Positions 36,540 through 48,829 of a DNA stretch of 64,000 nt are shown here, piece after piece (within the stretch, counting starts at the first letter, position 1; every line of letters begins with the position of its first letter). Below the pieces are notes generated by a model that saw only the letters and a program-made list of their open reading frames with translations, searched no databases and was not told the DNA's origin. Source of the stretch: Alphaproteobacteria bacterium (GTDB taxonomy: Bacteria; Pseudomonadota; Alphaproteobacteria; Bin95); contig CBDBGH010000003.1 of the NCBI GenBank assembly GCA_965205265.1, forward strand, positions 1,728,001 to 1,792,000, written 5' to 3'. The position numbers were made by a program, and so were the translations under genes.

Positions 36540-37321
36540 GGCAGTTCGATGGTCCCGCTGAGATAGGGCGCCGCGCGCCCGGAAATCACTACCCGGTTCC
36601 CCTGCATGGTGCAGGCGAGCCGCCCGCCGCGCTGCGACACCTGCCGGGCCGTTAGCGCCGTCTTGCCGAGCCGGTCCGCCCAATAGGGAGCCAGGGCACA
36701 ATGCGCCGAACCGGTTACCGGGTCCTCGTCGATCCCCGCGCCTGGCGCGAAGCAGCGCGACACGAAATCCACCTCGCCGCCCGGCGCGGTGGCCGCGGTA
36801 ATCCCGCCGTTCAGCGCCGCGAGCCGCCGGAAGTCCGGCCTGAGCGCCCGGACGGACGGTTCGTCGGGGAAGACCGCCACCCATATGAACGGGGCTTCCA
36901 GAACCGCTTCGGGAGCCGCCCCCAACGCATCCGACAGACCTTCCGGCTCTGCGGCCGCTTCGGGCGGATTGGCCGGAAACTCCATGCTCAGCACGGGCCC
37001 GTTGCGCCAGACGGTCAGCCTGCCGCTGCGCGTCTCGAACTCGACCTTCTGCGTCTCCCGGTGGACATGCTCGAAGACGACATGGGCGGAAGCGAGCGTC
37101 GCATGGCCGCAGAGATCGACCTCGACCCTGGGCGTGAACCAGCGCAGCCGCCACACCAGCCCCTCCGGCACCAGGAAGGCCGTCTCGGAGAGATTGTTCT
37201 CGAACGCGATGGACTGAAGAAGCGAATCCGCCGGCCACTCCTCCAGCAGGCAGACGGCGGCCGGATTGCCGGCGAACGCCCGGTCCGCAAAGGCGTCCAC
37301 CTGGTAGAGCGGTATTCTCAT
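36536..37321 (-). CDS. PhzF family epimerase
   Basis: YQVDAF...F.GNPAAV, NLSETAF, EVDLCGHAT, EDPVTGSAH. Confidence 0.94.
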   Translation of the reverse strand: MRIPLYQVDAFADRAFAGNPAAVCLLEEWPADSLLQSIAFENNLSETAFLVPEGLVWRLRWFTPRVEVDLCGHATLASAHVVFEHVHRETQKVEFETRSGRLTVWRNGPVLSMEFPANPPEAAAEPEGLSDALGAAPEAVLEAPFIWVAVFPDEPSVRALRPDFRRLAALNGGITAATAPGGEVDFVSRCFAPGAGIDEDPVTGSAHCALAPYWADRLGKTALTARQVSQRGGRLACTMQGNRVVISGRAAPYLSGTIELP

Positions 37322-37375
37322 GGGGCCGCGACCATAGCAGCGGCACGCCGAAAATCCAGCAGTCCGCAGCCCGCC

Positions 37376-37948
37376 TCAGGGCCAGAGCGCGTCCAGGGAA
37401 AAGGCTATGGCCTCGAAGGGCGGGAAGGAAACCGGCTCGTCGTTCCTGGCCGACCCGGAGGGCGCGCACCCGCCGTCCTCCAGCGCAAACGCCTCCAGCG
37501 TCCTTGCCAGCGGATCGACAAGCCACATATGGCCTACCCCCTCCCGCGCATAGGCCGGGCGCTTCTCCTCAAGGTCGAATTTCCGCGTCGAGGGGGAGTG
37601 GATCTCGCACACCCAGTCCGGCGCCAGCGCAAAATAAGCCGTGTCGGGAAGCCCGGGCATCCGGTCCCGCCGCCAGCCGGCAAGGTCCGGCACAAGGACA
37701 TCGCCTCCGAGATGGAGTTCCGGCTCGTCGATGATCCACCAGCCGCCCGGCCCGCCCCGGCCCTTCTGGAACGGGCCGACAAGCTCATCGCCGAGCGACG
37801 AATAGGCCACCGCATGGAGGGGAGCCGGCCTCGGCTGCAAGTGCAGCGCGCCGTCAACGATCTCCGCCACCATATGCGGGGGCGCGTCGAGCACATCCTG
37901 GTATGTCGCCCGTCGAGCCGTTCGGCGCAATACTGCGCTTGCGCTCAT
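37376..37948 (-). CDS. Uma2 family endonuclease
   Basis: ATY.D, AEIVDG, EPELHL, VPDLAGWRR, APDWVCEI.SPST, K...YA..GV...WLVDP. Confidence 0.93.
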   Translation of the reverse strand: MSASAVLRRTARRATYQDVLDAPPHMVAEIVDGALHLQPRPAPLHAVAYSSLGDELVGPFQKGRGGPGGWWIIDEPELHLGGDVLVPDLAGWRRDRMPGLPDTAYFALAPDWVCEIHSPSTRKFDLEEKRPAYAREGVGHMWLVDPLARTLEAFALEDGGCAPSGSARNDEPVSFPPFEAIAFSLDALWP

Positions 37949-38007
37949 GCCGTACTCCCCGCTTTCCCCGCTATGCTACGCTCGCCCGGTCTCCCTGTCA
38001 CCGCCGG

Positions 38008-38796
38008 TCAGGACCCCGCGAAGCGCACACGGACAAGCCCGAGCGGTCCGAAATCGGAGACCGCCAGCGTGTCCGGGCCGGGCACGGGCAGCACGCCCGT
38101 GCAGGAGCCCGTGGTCACGAACTGCCCGGCGGTCATGCCGAGCCCGAGCCCGGAGAGATGGTTCGCGAGCCAGCGCACCGCTTCGACCGGATGGCCCATC
38201 ATCGCCCGGCCCGTACCGCGTCCTGCCTCCACGCCGTTGAAGGTGAGGCTCACCTCCTGGTCCACGCAGTCGATGCCGCGCCAGTCCTCGAACTCGTAGG
38301 CGACGATGTAGCGCCCGGTGCCGCCATGATCGGCGATGGTGCCGAGCGGACCGAGCGGCTGGTCGTCCGCAAGCCGGCGCTCGGGAAGCTCGATGCCCGC
38401 AATCAGCGAACCGATGGCCGCCTCGACCTCCTCCCGGCTGTAGGGTTCGGCGCGCGCCGGCAGGTTGGCGGAGAGGCGGAAGCCGTATTCGCTCTCATAG
38501 ATCGGCCCCAAAAGATCGGCGAGCCGGTATTCGATCTCCGCCCCCTGATCGACCATGCCCTCGCAGATATGCCCGGCGAACGGTCCGGACAGGCCCATCG
38601 CCTGCTGCGCGGCGGTCGCGGTCGCGCCGATCTTCCAACCGACGATCTTGCGGTCCTCCATCGCATGGAGCGCCTGCCATACGGCCTTGGCCTCATCCTC
38701 GTCGCGCGGTGCGCAGTTCTCGGGAATCGCCGGCTCGCGCCGTCCCGCCAGACGCGCCTCGCGCAGGAACGCTGCGGCCGTTTTCGCTCTCGACAT
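38008..38796 (-). CDS. 2-keto-4-pentenoate hydratase-like FAH family protein
   Basis: GWKIGAT, E.E..F, IAD, GHP..A..WLAN, G..VTTGS; TGATG-coupled to the EF-G paralog. Confidence 0.88.
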   Translation of the reverse strand: MSRAKTAAAFLREARLAGRREPAIPENCAPRDEDEAKAVWQALHAMEDRKIVGWKIGATATAAQQAMGLSGPFAGHICEGMVDQGAEIEYRLADLLGPIYESEYGFRLSANLPARAEPYSREEVEAAIGSLIAGIELPERRLADDQPLGPLGTIADHGGTGRYIVAYEFEDWRGIDCVDQEVSLTFNGVEAGRGTGRAMMGHPVEAVRWLANHLSGLGLGMTAGQFVTTGSCTGVLPVPGPDTLAVSDFGPLGLVRVRFAGS

Positions 38797-40808
38797 CAAT
38801 GCGCCTCCGCCTGCTTGCGCGCCTCGACGATGTCGTCGGCAAGCTTTCCGGACAGTTCCTGGAGATGGTCGAATTCCCAGTCGAACGTGCCCACGCCAAG
38901 CGTCAGCGAGCGCAGTTCGATGATCATGTCGGACATTTCCGATTGCGGCAGGAAGGCGTCCACCCGGTCCCATCCGGCCCAGCCTTCGCGGGCGTCGAAG
39001 CCCAGGATCTGGCCGCGCCGGCCCGCCAGCAGCCGCTGGATATTCGCCGTGTAGTCGGACGGGATATGCACCTGCACCTTCAAGATCGGCTCCAGCAGGA
39101 TCGGGCTGCAATTCGGCAGCCCCTCGCTCATGGCGAGCCGTCCGGCGGTCTTGAACGCCTGCTCGGAACTGTCCACGGGATGGTGCTTGCCGTCCTTCAG
39201 CGTCACCACGAGGTCCACAACCGGGAAGCCCAGCGGCCCCCGTGCCAGGAACTCGCGCACGCCCGTCTCGACAGCCGGGATGAACTGGCGCGGCACCGAG
39301 CCGCCGACCACCTTCTCCTCGAAGGCGAAGCCCTCGCCCCGCGGCAGCGGCGCGATATCGACCACCACATCGCCGAACTGCCCGTGGCCGCCGGACTGGC
39401 GCTTGAAGCGCGAATGCTGCTCCGTCCCCTTGCGGATGGTCTCGCGATAGGGCGTCTGCGGGCGCTCGGTCTCCACGGCGATGTTGTATTTGCTCTGGAG
39501 CCGCGCGACGCCGACCTGGAGATGCTGGTCCCCCTGGCCCCAGAGCAGCAGTTGATGCGTCTCCGGATTGGGCTCTATGCGGTAGGAGCTGTCCTCCTCG
39601 GCCAGCCGCTGAAGGGCGCCGGAAAGCTTCACTTCGTCGCTGCGCTTCTCGGCATGGAGCGCAATGGCGTAGATCGCGCTGAGCTGCCCCGGCCAGGCGT
39701 CCGGCTTTTCCGCACCGCCGGCGGTCAGCATCTGTCCTGTCTCGAAGGCGTCGAGACGCCCGATGGCGACGACATCGCCGGCCTCGGCGGCGCTCACCTT
39801 GGTCAGGTTGGCGCCGTGCATGCTGGCCAGATTGCCGAGGCGCTCGCCGCCCAGGCTGTCGCCCTCGTTGAGCGTACCGGAGAGAACGCGGGCAAGATTC
39901 TGCTTGCCCTGATGCTGCGCATGGTAGGTCTTGAAGATCTGAACCGCCGTGCCCTCGCCGGCTTCGAACCGGGCGGCGGCGCGCGAGACGTCCGGCGTAT
40001 CGTGGCGCAACGCCTTGAGCAGACGGACTATGCCGTGGTCCCGCTCCGCCGCGCCCAGCATCACCGGCACGATATGGCCTTCCGCCAGCGCGGCCTTGAA
40101 ATAAGCGTAGATCTCGTCGCGCGCGGGAATGGCCTCTTCCAACAGCGCCTCGAGCAGCGTGTCATCGAAGTCCGCCAGCGCCTCCATGAGTTCCTGGCGC
40201 GCAAGCTCCGTGTCGTCCCCCACCGACTCCGGAACCTTGATGAGGTCCGAGGGCCCGCCTTCGTTGTAGCTGTAGGCGCGCTCGCTGATGAGATCGACGT
40301 AGCCCGACACGGCTTCGCCTTCGACCACAGGAATATGGCGTACCACGAGAGGCTTGCCTGAGACCCCCTGCAGGGCCTCCATGGTTTCCGCCAGGCCCTG
40401 GGCCACGGTGTCGATCTTGTTGATGAAGATGATGTGCGGAATGTTGCGCGCATCGAGGAAGCGCAGGATCGGCGCCAGCATGATGGCGCGCGCCGGGTCC
40501 GGCTCGCAGACCACCACCGCGATGTCCGCGACCACGGCGCCGTGCATCGCCTCCTGCAGGAACTCGACCGAGCCGGGGCAGTCCAGCACCGTCCAGTCGT
40601 CGCCCAGATAGTTGAAGCGCGCCGGCAGGATCTCCGTGCTCATGTTGCGGTCGCGCGACTCCGGCGAGGCGTCGCCGACCGTGTTGCCGTCCCTGACGCT
40701 GCCCTTGCGCGTCAATGCCCCGGCGGCGTGCAGCATGGCCTCCATCAGGCTCGTCTTGCCGCTGAGATAGGGGCCCACAAGGGCCACGCAGCGCGCGTTC
40801 GTGCTCAT
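38796..40808 (-). CDS. Elongation factor G paralog (EF-G2 type)
   Basis: GPYLSGKT, DCPGS, NKID, PYRETI, RQSGGHGQFG, HPVDSS, LLEP, ELRSLT.G. Confidence 0.92.
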   Translation of the reverse strand: MSTNARCVALVGPYLSGKTSLMEAMLHAAGALTRKGSVRDGNTVGDASPESRDRNMSTEILPARFNYLGDDWTVLDCPGSVEFLQEAMHGAVVADIAVVVCEPDPARAIMLAPILRFLDARNIPHIIFINKIDTVAQGLAETMEALQGVSGKPLVVRHIPVVEGEAVSGYVDLISERAYSYNEGGPSDLIKVPESVGDDTELARQELMEALADFDDTLLEALLEEAIPARDEIYAYFKAALAEGHIVPVMLGAAERDHGIVRLLKALRHDTPDVSRAAARFEAGEGTAVQIFKTYHAQHQGKQNLARVLSGTLNEGDSLGGERLGNLASMHGANLTKVSAAEAGDVVAIGRLDAFETGQMLTAGGAEKPDAWPGQLSAIYAIALHAEKRSDEVKLSGALQRLAEEDSSYRIEPNPETHQLLLWGQGDQHLQVGVARLQSKYNIAVETERPQTPYRETIRKGTEQHSRFKRQSGGHGQFGDVVVDIAPLPRGEGFAFEEKVVGGSVPRQFIPAVETGVREFLARGPLGFPVVDLVVTLKDGKHHPVDSSEQAFKTAGRLAMSEGLPNCSPILLEPILKVQVHIPSDYTANIQRLLAGRRGQILGFDAREGWAGWDRVDAFLPQSEMSDMIIELRSLTLGVGTFDWEFDHLQELSGKLADDIVEARKQAEAH

Positions 40809-40959
40809 CGTCCCTCCCCACTTCCGGCCGTCCCGTCGGCCGGCGCCCAATGTTTCCATGCAGTGGCACGCTCGGCAACGAAAAAGGCGTCGCGCGTTCC
40901 TTGACTGCCTCCCGGCGGCGGGCAAGATGCGGCGCCACGCAAAGGAAGGAAGCGGCATC

Positions 40960-41646
40960 ATGACCTATGCGGTTCCGGCTCCGGCCCGGACGGTCCTGCC
41001 GGTCAGGGGATCGGAAGCGGTGTTTCCCGTCGGGCGGATCTTCTGCGTCGGGCGCAACTACGCCGAGCATACGCGCGAGATGGGCCACGACCCGGACCGC
41101 GAGCCGCCCTTCTTCTTCATGAAGCCCGCAACCTCCATCGTCGCGGGCGGCGGCGACATGCCCTACCCGCCCGGCACGGCGGACCTGCACCACGAGATGG
41201 AACTGGTCGCCGCCATCGGGACCGGCGGGCGGGACATTGCCGAAGGGGACGCGCTCGGCCACGTCTTCGGCTACGCCGCCGGCCTCGACATGACGCGCCG
41301 CGACCTGCAGGGCGTCGCCAAGCAGCTCGGCCGGCCCTGGGAGGTCGGCAAGGCGTTCGACCATGCCGCGCCCTGTTCGCCCGTGGTCATGGCAAGCGAA
41401 ATCGGCCACCCGGAGACGGGCGCCGTGCGTCTGCATGTCAATGGCGAGCTCCGGCAGGACGGCGACATCTCGGAGATGATCTGGAGCCTGCCGGAAGTGA
41501 TCGCGCACATCTCGGCGCTGTTTGCGCTCATGCCGGGCGACCTCATCATGACCGGCACCCCCGCCGGCGTCGCCGCCGTCTCCCCCGGCGACCGCCTCAA
41601 GGGCGAGGTCGAGGGCGTCGGGCGGATCGAAGTGAAGGTGGTATGA
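40960..41646 (+). CDS. Fumarylacetoacetate hydrolase family protein
   Basis: RIFCVGRNYAEH, FF.KP, HHEMEL, DMTRRDLQ, TGTPAGV. Confidence 0.93.
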   Translation: MTYAVPAPARTVLPVRGSEAVFPVGRIFCVGRNYAEHTREMGHDPDREPPFFFMKPATSIVAGGGDMPYPPGTADLHHEMELVAAIGTGGRDIAEGDALGHVFGYAAGLDMTRRDLQGVAKQLGRPWEVGKAFDHAAPCSPVVMASEIGHPETGAVRLHVNGELRQDGDISEMIWSLPEVIAHISALFALMPGDLIMTGTPAGVAAVSPGDRLKGEVEGVGRIEVKVV

Positions 41647-41650
41647 GAGG

Positions 41651-42007
41651 ATGGATTCCGCGAAACGAACCGTCACTTTGACCGTCGTCCCCAGGGACGA
41701 GCTTGCCGCGCGGATGGACGCGGTGCTGGCGGGCCGGCGGACCGAGCCCCGAATCGCCTTCGCGTCCATCGATCTGCTCCACAGGATTTGCGCGCCGAAG
41801 CGCCTGGCGATCCTGCGCATGATGGCCGGTGAAGGGCCCCTGCCCGTGCGCGAGGTCGCGCGGCGGGTGGGACGCGATGTGAAGGCCGTCCACCGGGACA
41901 TGGCCGCGCTTGTCAATGCCGGGCTTCTCGACCGCGGCGAGGGCGGCCGCATGAGCTTCCCCTATGACGGCGTCCGTATGGAAGTGGACCTGATGCGCGC
42001 TGCCTGA
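41651..42007 (+). CDS. HVO_A0114-like HTH transcriptional regulator/antitoxin
   Basis: I.F.S..LL, KR..IL, REVARRVGRDVKAVH.D..AL..AG, FPYD. Confidence 0.8.
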   Translation: MDSAKRTVTLTVVPRDELAARMDAVLAGRRTEPRIAFASIDLLHRICAPKRLAILRMMAGEGPLPVREVARRVGRDVKAVHRDMAALVNAGLLDRGEGGRMSFPYDGVRMEVDLMRAA

Positions 42008-42185
42008 CGGGGGCAGCTTCCTGCGGCCTGGAACCGGGGCAGTAAAGAGGGGCTTGCAAAGCTTCGCATCCGGGCTAACCTTGCACTGGGTTCCGCGGGG
42101 AAGCTATTGCAGCGGAGCCGGAACGACGCGAATGAGAGCCGCTGGCCTCGCGTTGTTCGTCACCGCCTCTAGATACAGAGAGCAC

Positions 42186-42704
42186 ATGAAGCAAAACCTG
42201 CCACCGCGCCGCTCACGCGGCCGCAGCAACATGCGGAGCGGGCGTGCGCCTGCCCACCGCAACCAGGCCCTCGAAAGCAACGGACCGGAAGGACGGGTGC
42301 GCGGCACTGCGCAGCAGATCCTCGACCGCTATCTGGCAATGGCGCGCGACGCCCAGTCCAGCGGCGATTCGGTGCTGGCGGAAAACCTGTTCCAGCACGC
42401 CGAGCATTACCAGCGCCTGGTGGCGCAGTTTGCGCCGCCTCAGGCGCAACAGCAGCAGCAGCCGGCGCCGGCGGACGCTCAGCGCAACGCCGATGGCGCG
42501 CAGGCTTCCGAAGCCGAGGCCCGGCCCGACCGGGAAGCCGCCGACCGGCCCGAGGCCGAGGGAGGCGAATCGTCCAATCCCCGCCCGCGCCGCCGCCGCC
42601 GTCAGCGCAACGCTCCGGTCGAGGAGACCGCCGCTGAAACCGGCGAGGCGGTGCAGCCGCCGGACGGCGCCTCCGCCGAAGAAGCGACAGCCGAAGCGGT
42701 CTGA
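42186..42704 (+). CDS. DUF4167 domain-containing protein
   Basis: ESNGP...RGTAQQI..RY..ARDA..GD...AEN..QHAEHY.R; directly upstream of clpB. Confidence 0.92.
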   Translation: MKQNLPPRRSRGRSNMRSGRAPAHRNQALESNGPEGRVRGTAQQILDRYLAMARDAQSSGDSVLAENLFQHAEHYQRLVAQFAPPQAQQQQQPAPADAQRNADGAQASEAEARPDREAADRPEAEGGESSNPRPRRRRRQRNAPVEETAAETGEAVQPPDGASAEEATAEAV

Positions 42705-42737
42705 CCTCCGGTTGCGCGAGGGCGCGCGCGGCGTCTT

Positions 42738-42766
42738 CTTGCATGCGCCGCCGCCGGTTCCCATAT
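42738..42766 (+). promoter_or_regulatory. RpoH (sigma32)-like promoter of clpB
   Basis: CTTGCA...CCCATAT about 80-100 bp upstream of the clpB ATG. Confidence 0.65.
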
Positions 42767-42842
42767 CCGTCTTCGAGCGGGAGCGGCGCGCAGGCTGCGG
42801 CCCTCCCGGCAAAGGCTCGCGTCTGAAGACGGAGACGGACAT

Positions 42843-45425
<2,583 letters not shown>

Positions 45426-45439
45426 TGGACCATTGAACG

Positions 45440-45540
45440 ATGTCAATTGCCGATGAATACTATTATCGGCAATTGACATAGTCTTTCCCCGATACTATAC
45501 GGTTTCATCCATGACATGGTATCGGAGTAATTGACATGGT
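45440..45540. promoter_or_regulatory. 15-bp perfect inverted repeat plus TGACAT repeats (TA operator and/or clpB terminator)
   Basis: ATGTCAATTGCCGAT-N10-ATCGGCAATTGACAT (45440-45479), containing TTGACA; TGACATGGT at 45512 and 45532. Confidence 0.7.
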
Positions 45541-46006
45541 GTCCCATGCCGCCGGGATGAGCCGCATCGCCGAAGGCTTGCCGACCAAGTCCAGCAAGAT
45601 CCGCGCGCTGGATGCAGCCGGCTACAAGCGCGCGGACATCGCGCGGTTCCTGGACATACGCTACCAGCATGTCCGCAACGTGCTCGTGCAGGGACCGCCG
45701 AAGTCCGAAAAGGATCGGTCGCCCCCCCAGCCCGATGGCCCCGGCAATGTCGAGTCGCAGAAATTGCGGATCGCCGAAGACGGGCGCGTCGTCATCCCGG
45801 CGGACATGCGCCGGGCGATGCTGGTCGATGAAACCGGTATGATCACCGCGCGGGTCGTGGACGGCGAGTTGCGGATACTGACGCCGGAAGCGGCGCTTCG
45901 CTCCCTGCAGCGGATGGTGCGAGAGGCTGTGCCGGAGGGCGTTTCCCTCGCCGATGAGTTGATAGCCGAGCGCCGCGCCGAAGCGCACCGCGAGGCCGGT
46001 GAGTGA
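45536..46006 (+). CDS. AbrB/MazE-type antitoxin with an extra N-terminal HTH
   Basis: KIRAL...GY.RADIA..L.IRYQHVRNVL followed by I..DGR.VIP...R; ends SL.DELI.ERR. Confidence 0.85.
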   Translation: MVSHAAGMSRIAEGLPTKSSKIRALDAAGYKRADIARFLDIRYQHVRNVLVQGPPKSEKDRSPPQPDGPGNVESQKLRIAEDGRVVIPADMRRAMLVDETGMITARVVDGELRILTPEAALRSLQRMVREAVPEGVSLADELIAERRAEAHREAGE

Positions 46007-46383
46007 AAATCGTTCTCGACGCCTCGGCGTTGCTGGCCCTGTTGCTCCGCGAGCCCGGCGCGGATTCAATCCGGGAGGTCCTTGCAGACGCAGCGATCAG
46101 CGCGGCCAATCTCGCCGAAGTGGTTGCGAAGCTGACGGATCTGGGATTCGACGACTCCAGGGTAATCGGCGCCGTGAGCGCCCTACCGCTGCAGGTCCAC
46201 GCATTCGATGCAGCGCAGGCATGGCGCGCCGGGCTGCTCCGCCGCGAGACACGGGCGCGCGGCCTGTCGCTCGGCGACCGCGCCTGCCTCGCCCTGGCGG
46301 AGGCATTGGAAGCACCCGCAATGACAATGGATCGCGCTTGGGCCGCGCTGGACCTGGAAGTCGAAGTCGTCGTTCCCCGATGA
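46003..46383 (+). CDS. vapC: VapC family PIN toxin
   Basis: VLDASA.LA, S.AN..EV, LSLGDRACLALA, T.DR.W; GTGA overlap with the antitoxin. Confidence 0.9.
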   Translation: MKIVLDASALLALLLREPGADSIREVLADAAISAANLAEVVAKLTDLGFDDSRVIGAVSALPLQVHAFDAAQAWRAGLLRRETRARGLSLGDRACLALAEALEAPAMTMDRAWAALDLEVEVVVPR

Positions 46384-46395
46384 CCGGGCCGCCCG

Positions 46396-47172
46396 CTATT
46401 CGCCCCTGAAGTCCGGGCGGCGCTTCTCGACGAAGGAGGCGACGCCTTCGGCGAAATCGGCGCTCATGCGCAGCCGCCCGTAGGCCTGGCCCTCGATTTC
46501 CATGGCCTGTTCGAGCGGCGCGTTCTCGCCGGCGTTGAACACCTGCTTGAGCGTGCGCTGGGCGAGCGGGGAGAAACGCCGCAGCTCCTTCACCAGCGCA
46601 TCCGTTGCCGCTTCGAGCGCCGTGTCCTCGACAAGCTCGCAGGCGAGGCCCCAGTCGAAGGCTTCCCGCCCCGTGATCCTGCGGGCGCGCATGGCCACGT
46701 TCTTCGCGCGCGAAATGCCGATCATGCGCTGCAGCCGGGCCGAGCCGCCGGAGCCCGGAATCATGCCGAGATTGATCTCGGGCAGCGCAAGCCGGGCCGT
46801 TTCGGTCACAATGCGGAAGTCGCAGGCGAGCGCCAGTTCGAAGCCCACGCCCATGCAGAAACCGCGAATGGCGGCGATCACCGGCTTCGAGCAGCGTTCG
46901 GCGGCGGCGATGTTCTTGTGAAGCTGCGAGACCGTCTCCGGGCTCGCTTCCATGAAGCCCGGAATATCGCCGCCGCTGGTGAAATGCTCGCCCTCCCCCC
47001 GGACCACGACCGCGCGCACGGCCGGGTCGCGGTCGAATGCCTCAAAGGCCGCGCGCAGCAGCGGGCGCTGCGCCATCCGCACGACATTGAGCGGCGGGCG
47101 GTCGAGCACGATGTCCGCGCGCTCGTTCTCCGGATCGGTCTCGATGCGGAATCCGTCGGTCTCCAGTGTCAT
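46396..47172 (-). CDS. Enoyl-CoA hydratase/isomerase family protein
   Basis: F.SGGD, KPVIAA..G...G.GFELALACD.R, PE..LG..PG.GG, DF.EG..SF.EKR. Confidence 0.93.
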   Translation of the reverse strand: MTLETDGFRIETDPENERADIVLDRPPLNVVRMAQRPLLRAAFEAFDRDPAVRAVVVRGEGEHFTSGGDIPGFMEASPETVSQLHKNIAAAERCSKPVIAAIRGFCMGVGFELALACDFRIVTETARLALPEINLGMIPGSGGSARLQRMIGISRAKNVAMRARRITGREAFDWGLACELVEDTALEAATDALVKELRRFSPLAQRTLKQVFNAGENAPLEQAMEIEGQAYGRLRMSADFAEGVASFVEKRRPDFRGE

Positions 47173-47203
47173 GGCCGGTCGCCGTTCCTTGTCTCAAGTG
47201 TCT

Positions 47204-48829
47204 TCAATAGCCGAGCCGCCGGTCCCGGGCGGCGTCGCTCGGGTCGCGGTCTTCCGGCGCGCCGTGGCCGCCGCCGCCGGAGGTCTGGAGCAGGATGCGG
47301 TCTCCGCGGCGCACCGGCAGGTTCGAGACTTTGGAGCCGAGCTCTACCGCCTCGCCGGCGCGCGTCAGCACGGAGCGCCCCGGCGCGCCGGAACCGCCGC
47401 CGGCAAGCCCGTAGGGCGGAACCCAGAAGCGGTCGTAATTAGTGGACAGCATGCCCTCCCCGGCGTCCAGCCGGAACTCGCGCCGGAGGCCGAGACCGCC
47501 GCGCCGCCTGCCCTCGCCGCCGCTGCCGGGCGCAAGCCCGTATTCGGTGACGGTGAGCGGATAGAGGCTCTCCACCATTTCGATGGGCGTGTTGGCGAGA
47601 TTGTGCAGGCAGGCCGAGAGCGCATTCGCCCCGTCGGCCTCGGGATGCGCGCCCCAGCCGCCAACCTCGATGTCGAAATAGACCTCGGGCCGGCCGGACC
47701 GCCCCTTGAGGCCCAGCGCATAGACATAGCTCACGCCGTAATAGGCGGCGGAAATGCGCTCCGGCGCCGCCTGGCCGAGCGCGCCCAGCACGGTGGTGAC
47801 GATCCGGTGCGCCGTCGCCATGCGGTTGGCGACGGGCGCAGGCGGCAGCGCATTGCAGATCGTGCCCTCGCGCGCCGCGATCCCGACCGGCCGGTAGGCG
47901 CCGGAATTGGCGGGAACCTCCAGCCCGGCGGCGCACATGAAGGCGCAATAGACGGCCGATTTCGACATGTTGAGCGTGCAATTGACGGGCCCCGCGGCCT
48001 GCGGGCCCGAAGCGGAGAGATCGACCTGCGCCGTCTCGCCGTCGATCCGCACCTCGGCGGCGATCAGGCGCGGTTCGTCGGTGATGCCGTCGTCGTCCAC
48101 GAAATCCTCGAAGCGGTAGGCGCCGTCCGGGATGCCGGCGATGGCCGCGCGCATCGCGGCTTCCGAGCGGTCGAGAATGCGGTCGGTCGCAGCCTGGAGC
48201 CGCTCCGGGCCGAAGCGTTCCGCCAGCCGCAGCACGCCGGCCGCGCCGATGTCGAGCGAGGCCAGCTGCGCCTCGAAATCGCCGCGCACCTTCTCCGGTT
48301 CGCGGGTATTGGCGTAGAAAACGCCGAGCAGCGCAGTGTTGACCCGGCCGGCCTCGACCACCTTGCAGGGCGGGATCCGCAGCCCCTCCTGGTAAATCTC
48401 CCGCGCCTTGGCGTCGTAGCTGCCGGGGGCGCCGCCGCCGACATCGGTGTGGTGCGTCAGCGTGCCGGTAATCGCGATCCGCCGGCCCCGGAAATAGACC
48501 GGCTTGAAAGTCAGCACATCGGGCAGGTGCTGGCCGCCGGCATAGGGGTCGTTGGTGACGATGACATCGCCCTCCCGCCAGTCCGCCAGTGGGATGGGCC
48601 CGGCGAGGATGCCCTCGAGGCAGGTCGCCATGGAATTCAGGTGGATGGCGATGCGCGCGGACTGCGCAACATTTCGTCCCTCCGCGTCGAACACGGCGGT
48701 CGAATAGTCGAGCGTTTCGCGCACGACGGTGGAGCGGGCCGTGCGCCAGATGGTGACATTCATGTCCTCCGCCGCCGCGACCAGCGCGTTGCGGATGATC
48801 TCGATGTCGATAGGGCTGAGATCGGTCAT
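47204..48829 (-). CDS. Hydantoinase B/oxoprolinase family protein
   Basis: EIIRNAL, TNDPY.GGQHLPD, HH.DVGG, QEGL.IPP, NTPIE, GGGG.G.P. Confidence 0.92.
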   Translation of the reverse strand: MTDLSPIDIEIIRNALVAAAEDMNVTIWRTARSTVVRETLDYSTAVFDAEGRNVAQSARIAIHLNSMATCLEGILAGPIPLADWREGDVIVTNDPYAGGQHLPDVLTFKPVYFRGRRIAITGTLTHHTDVGGGAPGSYDAKAREIYQEGLRIPPCKVVEAGRVNTALLGVFYANTREPEKVRGDFEAQLASLDIGAAGVLRLAERFGPERLQAATDRILDRSEAAMRAAIAGIPDGAYRFEDFVDDDGITDEPRLIAAEVRIDGETAQVDLSASGPQAAGPVNCTLNMSKSAVYCAFMCAAGLEVPANSGAYRPVGIAAREGTICNALPPAPVANRMATAHRIVTTVLGALGQAAPERISAAYYGVSYVYALGLKGRSGRPEVYFDIEVGGWGAHPEADGANALSACLHNLANTPIEMVESLYPLTVTEYGLAPGSGGEGRRRGGLGLRREFRLDAGEGMLSTNYDRFWVPPYGLAGGGSGAPGRSVLTRAGEAVELGSKVSNLPVRRGDRILLQTSGGGGHGAPEDRDPSDAARDRRLGY

